A DNA stretch of 26,002 nt from an uncultured bacterium. Lineage in GTDB: Bacteria > Zhuqueibacterota > QNDG01 > DSAB01. Every line of letters begins with the position of its first letter. Position 1 is the stretch's first letter. The stretch spans positions 1 through 26,002 of the forward strand of contig CAZYTI010000001.1 of the NCBI GenBank assembly GCA_964650065.1, given 5' to 3'. This document shows, in pieces, positions 18,798-26,002 of this stretch. A program made the position numbers and the translations under genes. The notes under the pieces are model-generated. The model searched no databases. It was not told where the DNA came from and saw only the letters and a list, made by a program, of their open reading frames with translations.

Positions 18798-18913
18798 GGT
18801 CTCTCCTGTTGGTTTGTTCCATGGGTCATGATTTATTCGTGATTCACGAAGGTATACGGGATAAAACACTTTAAAGTTTCGTGTTTTACGAAAGAATGGA
18901 ATCTTTAACTGAT

Positions 18914-18997
18914 TGGGAATGCAGATTGGCTCCAGCGTCTTGTGTATTAATGGACGCAGAGCGTCCTTGAAGGCATTCCCACGTAAAACGTGGGAAC
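18914..18997. repeat. REP-like multi-hairpin element
   Basis: GGACGC-AGA-GCGTCC (18952-18966); TTCCCACGT-AAA-ACGTGGGAA (18976-18996); TGGGAATGC (18914-18922) inverted to GCATTCCCA (18973-18981). Confidence 0.75.
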
Positions 18998-19046
18998 CTC
19001 AAGTTTGGACGTTTTCAAATTTAAGAGGTCAATGTTTAAAATATAA

Positions 19047-19358
19047 ATGAGTAAGGGTGAATTGGAGGATGAATTTCTAAATGCCTCCCGATACCGTCTA
19101 TCCATTCCCAGGGATACCAAAGGCTTCCTGCACTCCAATTACGATTTCATCGTGAAAGTAGAAGACAAATCCGGTGTGATTACATCCATTTCCACTGCCC
19201 TTTCCCGGGCAGACATCAATATCAAAGATATCGAGATACTCAAGGTCAGAGTAGGTGATGCAGGCACCCTGCGTCTCTCATTGGAATCGGAAGATCTTCG
19301 GAAACAGGTCCGGGTTATTCTCGATGAAATCGGATACCAATACAGAATAAAGAACTAA
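19047..19358 (+). pseudogene. ACT-domain fragment resembling the C-terminus of prephenate dehydrogenase (TyrA-ACT); 5'-truncated gene or stand-alone ACT protein
   Basis: R..IP...KG.L...YD..V.VEDKSGVI..I...L....INIKDIEILKVR.G..GTLRL pattern; in-frame stop immediately before the ATG; no dehydrogenase domain upstream. Confidence 0.65.
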
Positions 19359-19386
19359 TGAATTCTATTGATCGATCACCATAAAT

Positions 19387-19422
19387 AAATGAAAAGGGCT
19401 CGATGATGAGCCCTTTTCATTT
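19387..19422. terminator. Bidirectional intrinsic terminator
   Basis: AAATGAAAAGGGCTC-GATGAT-GAGCCCTTTTCATTT, a 15-bp stem between convergent genes. Confidence 0.85.
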
Positions 19423-19444
19423 TTATCGGAATTCATTGAATCGC

Positions 19445-20722
19445 TTATTTATTATTCATTTCTTTCTGAATTAATTCCAAATGCTCTCGAGCATCCTCAT
19501 TCTCAGGATCAAGCTCTACAGCTCTGTTAACGGCAACCAAAGCATTTTGATAATTCTTCATCTTCCGGTGAACGGCAGCCAGGACATTCCACGTCCGTGC
19601 ATCTGGTTTCAACTCTACGACCTTTTTGGCCGATTGCAGGGCACTCTCGAGATTTTGCTCTTTATCTGCCCAGAACCGGGCATACCTGGTCAATAGATTG
19701 GCATCTTCCATATTCTTTAGGATGTACGCCGTCCCATAAGCCTCAAGAGCCTCACTTTTTTTATTATTCTTCAGGAACAAATTAGCCGCATTCTGACGAT
19801 AACCACCAGATTCGGGAGCCAGTTTGATGAGCTTCTTGGCGTACCGTTCCCCTTCATCAAGATTTTTACCGGTTTTAATATAATACCGAACAATATTGTT
19901 TAAAATCGAAGGATTCTCCGGATACATCTTTTTGAGGTCTGCATAAAAGGCGTCGCTTTTTTTAGATACCGGCAGCCTTAAATAAAAGTTAGCGAGATCC
20001 GAATAGACCCCGTCGATCAAAGCACTCTTGGGAAATTCGGCCCGAAACGCTTCTAGCCCCTTTGTAGATCGCTTGGAGTACATATCGCCATACCCCGCCG
20101 AATAGTTCGCAGCCTCGTAAAGATTAATCGCTTTCGCTTGGAACGTGACATCAATGGTTTTTGCTTCATCCGCACGTTCGAGCACTTTCTGACTCATCGC
20201 AGCGGCCTTCTCCATCTGGTACATTTGAGAATGCTTATTCGCTAGAGCGAACATCTTTTCAAGATTATCTGGATCTTGATCGTGCTGCGCTTTTATCGAA
20301 GCATAGGTATCGATGCCCTTCAGGGATCCCTTTACTCTTTCAAAATAGTTATCAGGATCTCTTTTATAACCTGCAATGATATCAGACAAGGAACCATCGG
20401 GCTTTACAATAGCCACTGAGGGATGGCCTCCGATCTCGAATTTCTCCTCAATCTCTTCTCCATTCCCTTCACCCGGAATGGCATGAATGGGAACGAAATT
20501 TTCATGGATAAACTGAACGTATTTGTCGTTTCCGAAAAATTGCTGACCCAGCAATACACACGAGCCTCAGGTGCGGGACCATGCAAAGATGAGCACATCC
20601 TTTTCGGCATTCTCCGCTTCGACCATGGCCTCATCAAGTGAGCCCGTAAACCACTGTGTCCCCTGTCCGAAGACTGAGGAAACAAAAAGCAGAAGTAGTG
20701 AAACTAAAATCCATTTTTTCAT
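19445..20722 (-). CDS. Secreted thioredoxin-fold + TPR protein, predicted selenoprotein (425 aa, Sec at codon 52, UxxC motif)
   Basis: GGAGG RBS and ATG at 20722; signal peptide MKKWILVSLLLLFVSSVFG; W..SLDEAM..A....K.VLI.AWSRT-[TGA 20569-20567]-GSC; same frame as the 369-aa track ORF; SECIS-like hairpin; C-terminal TPR repeats. Confidence 0.85.
20539..20555 (-). promoter_or_regulatory. Bacterial SECIS-like hairpin
   Basis: mRNA UGA-GGCUCGUGUGU-AUUGCUG-GGU-CAGCAAU: 7-bp stem with a GGU loop at +19 to +21 after the UGA. Confidence 0.75.
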
Positions 20723-20808
20723 GACTGCCTCCAAAATTTAATGAGTTGAGTTATAATATACTAAAATGGTAGGGATTATCCAAAATAATTATTTTATGAA
20801 ACATTTCA

Positions 20809-21168
20809 ATGTGGTTCTCTGTACAAATAAAAGAATGTTCAAGACCATCATTGAAGAGAGGTACACATGAGGAAGAACCACTTCACTTTCCACAAAAAAA
20901 TCTGGATATGATCATTATGGTCTATGTCCTCCATCACCTCGACAAACCAATAAAATTTCTTGAAAATTTAAAACCGTATCTAAAACCTGACGCCCCATTG
21001 GTGATCATTGAACAAAATACAAACAGGGAGAGGGCTCATCCTCCCTCTTTCATGACGAAAAAGCAGATCTTAGAAACCATAGATAATACAGCCTTTGAAC
21101 TTTTAAGGACAGAGACTTTCTTACCTCGAGACACCATCTATATCTATAAATTAAAAACCACCTCTTAA
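20809..21168 (+). pseudogene. C-terminal half of a class I SAM-dependent methyltransferase (5'-truncated)
   Basis: EEPLHFPQKNLDMIIMVYVLHHLDKP..FL..LK..LKP...LVIIE; the N-terminal glycine-rich SAM-binding motif is absent. Confidence 0.7.
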
Positions 21169-21364
21169 AGATAATCATTTGATTATAATTATTTTTCTTC
21201 GAAAATAGAAAATATTTTGCAACTTTTTCCGGGTTCACCCTACGAATTTTTCTTTCGGGTTTCTTGGCAATCATCATTGCATTGTTCACAGTCAGTACAC
21301 AGCGAAAAAAGTGTTGTTTGATGGATATAATTGCATAACAATGCAATGTCGACATATAGGGTTT

Positions 21365-21604
21365 TCATTCATTAATATGATCCCACCCTTTACATCCATG
21401 ACCCGCTGCTCTTTTTTTCTCGTTTCGTTTGGGATATCCTCTACAGACATCTGGTCGTAATTCATAGATTCTACATTTGTACTTTTCTCTATTTGGTAGT
21501 TTCCTTATAATAGGTTCTGCAGCAAGTCCCACATTGTTTACAGATAAATCCAGTTGGATGCTTGAAAGAGGTTTTACTTTTATTTTTTTTATTTTGTTCA
21601 ACAA
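21365..21604 (-). pseudogene. Fragment of a YkgJ family cysteine-cluster (CxxCxxCC, UPF0153) protein
   Basis: C-terminal motif CRIYELRPDVCRGYP present; N-terminal CxxCxxCC absent. Confidence 0.6.
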
Positions 21605-21653
21605 TGCTCATAAAATGTGTAAATATTCAATGTTTTAGGTTTAGTTTTTGACC

Positions 21654-21780
21654 TTCTAACGGCTTGCGTTTGACCAGACGAAAAGTTAAGCGAAATTAGT
21701 ATCACTGAAGTGATTCCACATAGCCAACATGAATGGAAAAATTGTACGCGTTTCGTTCTGTGTCCAAACACGGGTTAACA
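21654..21780 (-). mobile_element. attC-like site downstream of the PIN toxin gene
   Basis: - strand TGTTAAC-CCGTGTTTGGACACAGA ... TCTGGTCAAACGCAAGCC-GTTAGAA; the arms differ by a roughly 3-nt gap. Confidence 0.6.
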
Positions 21781-21789
21781 TGCCATGTT

Positions 21790-22191
21790 CTACAGATACT
21801 TACTAATAAATGCCTTCGGGGTAATAATTTCTATTCCCTTGTATCCGGTTATTTTCAATAAATGTTTATCGCCAGTAACAATTATTTTGGAATTACTGGA
21901 TAAAGCGCATGAAATAAATTTTTCATCATCAGGGTCAGCACATATGTTTTGGGAAAATATTATTGGTTGGAAGAATTCAGCATTGATAGCTATTAAATCT
22001 AGGATGTCACGAATATCAATTGATTTAAATTGCCAGGAAAGTCTTTCTGCCACTCTGCGATACTCATCGAATATTTCTTTTGATAGTATCAATTTAAATC
22101 TTCCATCTCTCCAACTTTGTAGTATTTGATAAGGCGGGCCAGTAAAGAAGATTCCAGAAATTAATACATTTGTATCAATAATTATTTTCAA
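21790..22191 (-). CDS. PIN-domain toxin (VapC-like, PIN family putative TA toxin)
   Basis: IIIDTNVLISG, DPDDEKFISCAL, IVTGDKHLL; TTG start overlapping the antitoxin TGA. Confidence 0.92.
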   Translation of the reverse strand: MKIIIDTNVLISGIFFTGPPYQILQSWRDGRFKLILSKEIFDEYRRVAERLSWQFKSIDIRDILDLIAINAEFFQPIIFSQNICADPDDEKFISCALSSNSKIIVTGDKHLLKITGYKGIEIITPKAFISKYL

Positions 22192-22451
22192 TGTTTGTCC
22201 CGAACTTTCGAAATTGCGGAAGAGATATCAGATTTCTTTAGACCGGCCACTTTAGCTTGTTTGCGAGCCCTCTTTATTAGACCATCAAATTCAGCAATAG
22301 ATGGTGGGGATATTGTCTTTAATATTACGACATCCTTTTCTCCAATAACTAAAAACTTTGAACCTGATTCCAATCCGAGTTTATTACGAATTTCTTCAGG
22401 TATAACTATCTGGCCTTTTGATGACATTTTAGTTGTCGATACAGTTGACAT
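22188..22451 (-). CDS. AbrB/MazE/SpoVT family antitoxin
   Basis: TKMSSKGQIVIPEEIRNKLGL..G motif; GAGGAAG RBS before the ATG at 22451. Confidence 0.92.
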   Translation of the reverse strand: MSTVSTTKMSSKGQIVIPEEIRNKLGLESGSKFLVIGEKDVVILKTISPPSIAEFDGLIKRARKQAKVAGLKKSDISSAISKVRDKH

Positions 22452-22475
22452 GATGACCTTCCTCAATATGATTGT

Positions 22476-22517
22476 TCTTACTAGTAAGATATTAAGTCAT
22501 ATTGAGCTAAATTGCAA
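22476..22517 (-). promoter_or_regulatory. TA cassette promoter with a palindromic operator
   Basis: TTGCAA (22517-22512), 17 nt, TAATAT (22494-22489); perfect 14-bp palindrome TCTTACTAGTAAGA at 22476-22489. Confidence 0.65.
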
Positions 22518-22532
22518 GTATTATTTTGGGCA

Positions 22533-22646
22533 TGCTAACATCGGTATCAGCCGCCCGTAGCATCAATATAAAGAATTTAACTGTCAGCCCAGAAAACACT
22601 CAAAATGCGCCCGTGTTACGGGTTAGCTGAATACGAGTGTTTAGTG
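22533..22646 (-). mobile_element. attC site downstream of the DUF2971 cassette
   Basis: Arms AACACTCGTATTCAGCTAACCCGTA and TACGGGCGGCTGATACCGAT-GTTAGCA pair with unpaired extrahelical bases. Confidence 0.72.
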
Positions 22647-22682
22647 CTAAAAGTAGATACTTTTCATGTAAATAATCCATTA

Positions 22683-23485
22683 TTAACATGTTCCTGAAAT
22701 CTCAGTAAAGACCTCTGGTACAGAATAAAGCTCCGATTTTCGAATATTCTTTGTATAACGAGATAAAAAGATTTTATCCTCATCAAACTGTTGCTTGTCA
22801 AACCTAGGATCAAATAATACCTCATCAATTAAAGGGCTTGGATCAATATTGGGTAATATTAAATGAGTTCTATCTTTGGGTAATTGTTTATGAAAATCAT
22901 AGACAATTAATCTTACCTCCTCTTCATGATCAAATTCTTTACGTTTAAATAATAAAGAATGTGCTATACCTTTATTTACTGAACTAATATATTTTTGTCT
23001 GATCTTCGGATCTTTGATAATATCTATAATTTCTTGTTTATATAAATACTCTACTTTTCCCATAAAAAGTCCATAGGGAATTGACATTTTAGGAATTGAA
23101 TCAAAATTTCGATATATCAAACTCCAAAGTTCCCTAATCGTCGTTCTAACCCTTATCCTATTTTTAAAGGTGAATATATTCTCCAAAATGCATCTGTCTC
23201 GCGGCCTTGCAAAGTCCAGCACTGTCCATAAAGAAAACTTCTTTCAAAAAGCTTCTTCATCTTCCCATCATTAAATTTGAGATGTGTATTTAAAATAATG
23301 TTTTCAAATGGATCATCCCATTGACTCGGTTTGGATAAATACAATTCCTTTTTAATATACCAATTGTAAAGATGATCATACTCTAGATACCTGTAAATAT
23401 AATCATCTTTGATTTGATCAAGATTGTTCAGCAAATTTGTATAAAAAACTGGTTTTCGGATGACCTCTTTCTGTTCATCACCCAT
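22683..23485 (-). pseudogene. DUF2971 domain protein split by a -1 frameshift at about 23161-23169 (267 aa if joined)
   Basis: 5' ORF: IYRY, WDDPFEN, CWT, DAFWRIYSP; 3' ORF in the -1 frame: KNRIRVRTT, GKVEY, LLFKRKEFDHEEEVRLI, IDEVLFDPR. Confidence 0.78.
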
Positions 23486-23581
23486 ATATTACTCCCGTGA
23501 TGTTGATTTGAGTTACATCCGTATTTTTTTATTGAAGAATAAAATTGATATCCATATGCCTTCATCTTGCGTTTGATTAAG

Positions 23582-23766
23582 CACTAACGATTGGCTCTTA
23601 GGTGCGGCCAACTGCTACCGTCCCGAAACCACGTTAAATATTAAAATGAACGCGCGGTAATGTCCGCACTGCTTTTCTTTTCATGGTCGGCGAAAGCCGT
23701 CCAAATCCGAACTGAAAAATGAAAAAGAACCGTTGCGGCCGTATCCTTAGCAGCCATGGGTTATGC
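23582..23766 (-). mobile_element. attC site downstream of the DUF3800 cassette
   Basis: - strand GCATAAC-CCATGGCTGCTAAGGATACGGCC ... GGCCGCACCTAAGAGCCAATC-GTTAGTG, starting 4 nt after the stop codon. Confidence 0.82.
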
Positions 23767-23770
23767 AGAA

Positions 23771-24718
23771 TTATGCCCATGGATTTGTACCAATTTCTCC
23801 AACTCTACGATTAAAGTCAAAATCATTTAAAACAACGCATTCAATTTTACCATCATCAGTAAAAAAATGTTTAATGATTTCATATAGTTCTGTGCACTCG
23901 TTTGTATTCCAATACCGGTTTAATATCGTAGATATTGTATCTGCTATCCTAATTTCAAAATGTCTATGTGAATCAAGAAAATCTGTATTTTGCCAAAACA
24001 ATTTGTTAAAGTCATAATTTTCACCAGAATGATATTTAAGGTAAAATGGATGGTTTTCAGTTTTCCATTCGATTAAACATGGTACAGGATCTTTTTCTGA
24101 ATACGAATATAATTGATTGCGCATTAACTCATGCCAGAAGGCATTTTGTTCAAGGCCTCTGAGGAATATTTTGTCTATTTTATATCGTAAATTTACTAAT
24201 TCATGATCGTATTCACCACTAATTGAGTGACCGATAGAATTTAAAAGCCCCTTATACATACATTTGCCGAGCAACAAAATTTTAAAGAATTGAACATAAT
24301 TTATCTTCCTGTACCAATTTGCAAATTGTGAATACATTTTTGCCTGGCGGTGTCGGCCCAATTTATTATATTCCAAAATCCCATTATTTATGCCTGCAAG
24401 ATGTAAGTTTTTATGTTTTTCAACTATCGTTTGTGGGTTTAAAATGGTTTTTACACAAACTGGAGAAATTCCATTTATAGGCTCTTCCACGATAATTTTA
24501 ATTAGAAAATCATGTAATATTTCATTTGGCAGTTGGGAAGATTTGATTTCACCTTTATGATCTTTATAGGAACCATCAATCTGGTTTTCCCAATCGTTGA
24601 ATTGTTGCTTTTTCAAAATATACAAATCATGATCTTGCCGTAAATGGGCACAAACGAAAAAGTTCAATTTATCTGATTCAGGTCTAAAGTCGCCATATTC
24701 ATCAATTGCAAGTATCAT
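23771..24718 (-). CDS. DUF3800 domain-containing protein
   Basis: N-terminal LAIDEYGD and C-terminal IRIADTIS patterns fit the DUF3800 DESG...ADxxA layout. Confidence 0.6.
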   Translation of the reverse strand: MILAIDEYGDFRPESDKLNFFVCAHLRQDHDLYILKKQQFNDWENQIDGSYKDHKGEIKSSQLPNEILHDFLIKIIVEEPINGISPVCVKTILNPQTIVEKHKNLHLAGINNGILEYNKLGRHRQAKMYSQFANWYRKINYVQFFKILLLGKCMYKGLLNSIGHSISGEYDHELVNLRYKIDKIFLRGLEQNAFWHELMRNQLYSYSEKDPVPCLIEWKTENHPFYLKYHSGENYDFNKLFWQNTDFLDSHRHFEIRIADTISTILNRYWNTNECTELYEIIKHFFTDDGKIECVVLNDFDFNRRVGEIGTNPWA

Positions 24719-24739
24719 AATAACTGAATTCTTTTAATG

Positions 24740-24835
24740 CCCTAACCTTAGATTCAGTCGCACCCTCCTCCCTTTGTCAATACCGTAGCTGGTGGCTTCG
24801 TATGGAGAAAGTACGCATGATTCTAAATTTAAAAA
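24740..24835 (-). mobile_element. Degenerate attC (or attI-like) site heading the array
   Basis: GTTAGGG core at 24746-24740; 24811-24831 is a 15/21 inverted match to 24743-24763. Confidence 0.4.
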
Positions 24836-24927
24836 TATCAAAATATTATATCCATAATAATTTATTCATTTGTAAAAGCAAGGGAAATTTAAGCGGATGG
24901 AAGCCGATAGGCTGATGGTTTCCACTC

Positions 24928-26002
24928 CTAATCTCCATTCGGCTCCTTGTCAAAATTGACCGCTATTTCTTGTATATGTCGCCATGCTTCTTTAACGTGG
25001 TTCTCCTCAGTATGCGTCTGTCCCACACAGAATCGAAGCGTATATTGTCCATTGAGTTTGGTGTGGGTCAAATACAATTTACCGCCGCGATTGAGGTTTT
25101 CCAGCAAACGCTGGTTGATATCATCCCCACCTCTGTGGCGGAAACAGACGAGGTTTAAAGGAGGAGGCATGGTGAGTTCGAATCGATCATCCTCCTGGAT
25201 CCACTCCGATAATTGTTGGGCCAATAGGACGTGGCGCCGAATGTGGTACTGCAAACCTTCAATACCATAATACCGAATGACAAACCACAGCTTCAGGGAT
25301 CGAAATCTCCGGCCCAGGGGGACCTGCCAGTCCCTGTAATCGATGACAGCCCCGGACTCGGTGGCCTTATTGCGCAAATATTCGGGCAGGATACTCAGAG
25401 CCCGGATCAAGGCCGCCCTGTCAGCCACATAGAAACAATCGCAATCAAAATTGGTGAACATCCATTTGTGGGGATTGAAGCAATAACTATCTGCTTTCTC
25501 CAATCCATCATGAATAAAACGGAACTCGGGACAGATTGCGGCGGTTCCGGCCATGGCCGCATCCACATGTAACCAGAGCCTCTCTTCTCTGCAGATCTCT
25601 CCGATCTCGGGCAGAGGATCGATACCATTGGAAGACGTGGTGCCTATAGTGGCTCCGACGAAGCAGGGAATCAATCCGGCTTCCCGATCCGCAGTGATCT
25701 GTCTTTTCAATAGATCGGGTCGGAGTGCAAAACGGTCATCCACTTCAATCAGATGAAGGTTTTGCCGTCCCAGGCCGGCAATCTTCACTGCCTTTTCGAT
25801 GGAAGAGTGGGCCTGGGTCGAGGCATAGGCTACCAATTGCCCATCGCATCCTTTCTCGTTGCTATGATAGTTTGTTGCCCGTTCCCGGGCGGCTAACAGC
25901 GCACAGAGGGACGCGCTGGAAGCGGAATCCTGAATCACACCTCCCCCGGTATTTGAGGATCTGAACTTTTCCGGTAGTCCCAACATATCCACCATCCAGT
26001 CC
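24928..26002 (-). CDS. PLP-dependent group II decarboxylase, aromatic-L-amino-acid decarboxylase (DDC/TDC)-like; 5' end beyond the window
   Basis: AHSSIEKA, GTTSS...D, WLHVDAAMAG, FNPHKW (PLP lysine), DYRDWQVPLGRRFRSLKLW; frame open to the right edge. Confidence 0.93.
   Translation of the reverse strand, partial: DWMVDMLGLPEKFRSSNTGGGVIQDSASSASLCALLAARERATNYHSNEKGCDGQLVAYASTQAHSSIEKAVKIAGLGRQNLHLIEVDDRFALRPDLLKRQITADREAGLIPCFVGATIGTTSSNGIDPLPEIGEICREERLWLHVDAAMAGTAAICPEFRFIHDGLEKADSYCFNPHKWMFTNFDCDCFYVADRAALIRALSILPEYLRNKATESGAVIDYRDWQVPLGRRFRSLKLWFVIRYYGIEGLQYHIRRHVLLAQQLSEWIQEDDRFELTMPPPLNLVCFRHRGGDDINQRLLENLNRGGKLYLTHTKLNGQYTLRFCVGQTHTEENHVKEAWRHIQEIAVNFDKEPNGD

Larger units (their letters stand above)
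21654..24835 (-). mobile_element. Integron gene-cassette array lacking an adjacent integrase (CALIN)
   Basis: Three attC-like inverted repeats, each just downstream of a - strand gene, plus a degenerate one upstream; AT-rich co-oriented ORFs; TA cassette; no tyrosine recombinase ORF in the window. Confidence 0.78.

Noticed and set aside
21050-21355. 101-aa - strand ORF as an additional cassette gene
   Set aside because: No recognisable motif, low complexity, and it overlaps the methyltransferase fragment.
21608-21610. Second possible Sec codon upstream of the YkgJ fragment
   Set aside because: The TGA is not in a Cys-like motif, another stop lies 9 codons upstream, and no SECIS-like hairpin follows.
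24750-24927. Integron integrase, or a canonical attI/Pc region, at the head of the array
   Set aside because: Only about 180 bp lie before the decarboxylase stop, with no recombinase ORF. A TTGACA (24780-24775, -) has no convincing -10 at 16-18 nt.
1-26002. tRNA, rRNA, selC or a full IS transposase
   Set aside because: I recognised no cloverleaf, rRNA-like or transposase sequence by eye; tRNAscan-SE, Infernal and ISEScan would be needed to exclude them formally.

Overview
Chromosomal window from an FCB-group-like bacterium; the KSB1/Calditrichota-like assignment is inferred from three proteins ending in FlgD-Ig/T9SS-type C-terminal domains. The left half (+ strand) carries a partial secreted protein, a large M6 metalloprotease and a housekeeping run: DUF62 SAM hydrolase, site-2 protease, PfkB kinase, nitrilase-family hydrolase, rtcB, exbD and panC. 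The middle (- strand) carries an FGE-fold lipoprotein, an LTD/CotH protein, a MacB-like orphan permease and PadR. The strongest unannotated signal is a secreted thioredoxin-fold + TPR selenoprotein candidate (19445-20722, -). It has an in-frame TGA in a U-G-S-C motif followed by a hairpin with E. coli fdhF SECIS spacing, and the ORF track truncates it. The AT-rich block at about 21330-24835 is an integrase-less integron cassette array (CALIN) with attC sites, a PIN/AbrB toxin-antitoxin cassette, a frameshifted DUF2971 gene and a DUF3800 gene. Intergenic regions hold several families of small palindromic repeats, including two CCTGCCCGCC-N33-GGCAGGCGGG elements and 72-bp direct repeats flanking the CotH gene. 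The window ends in a partial PLP-dependent aromatic amino acid decarboxylase. All assignments come from manual motif reading; no database searches were run.
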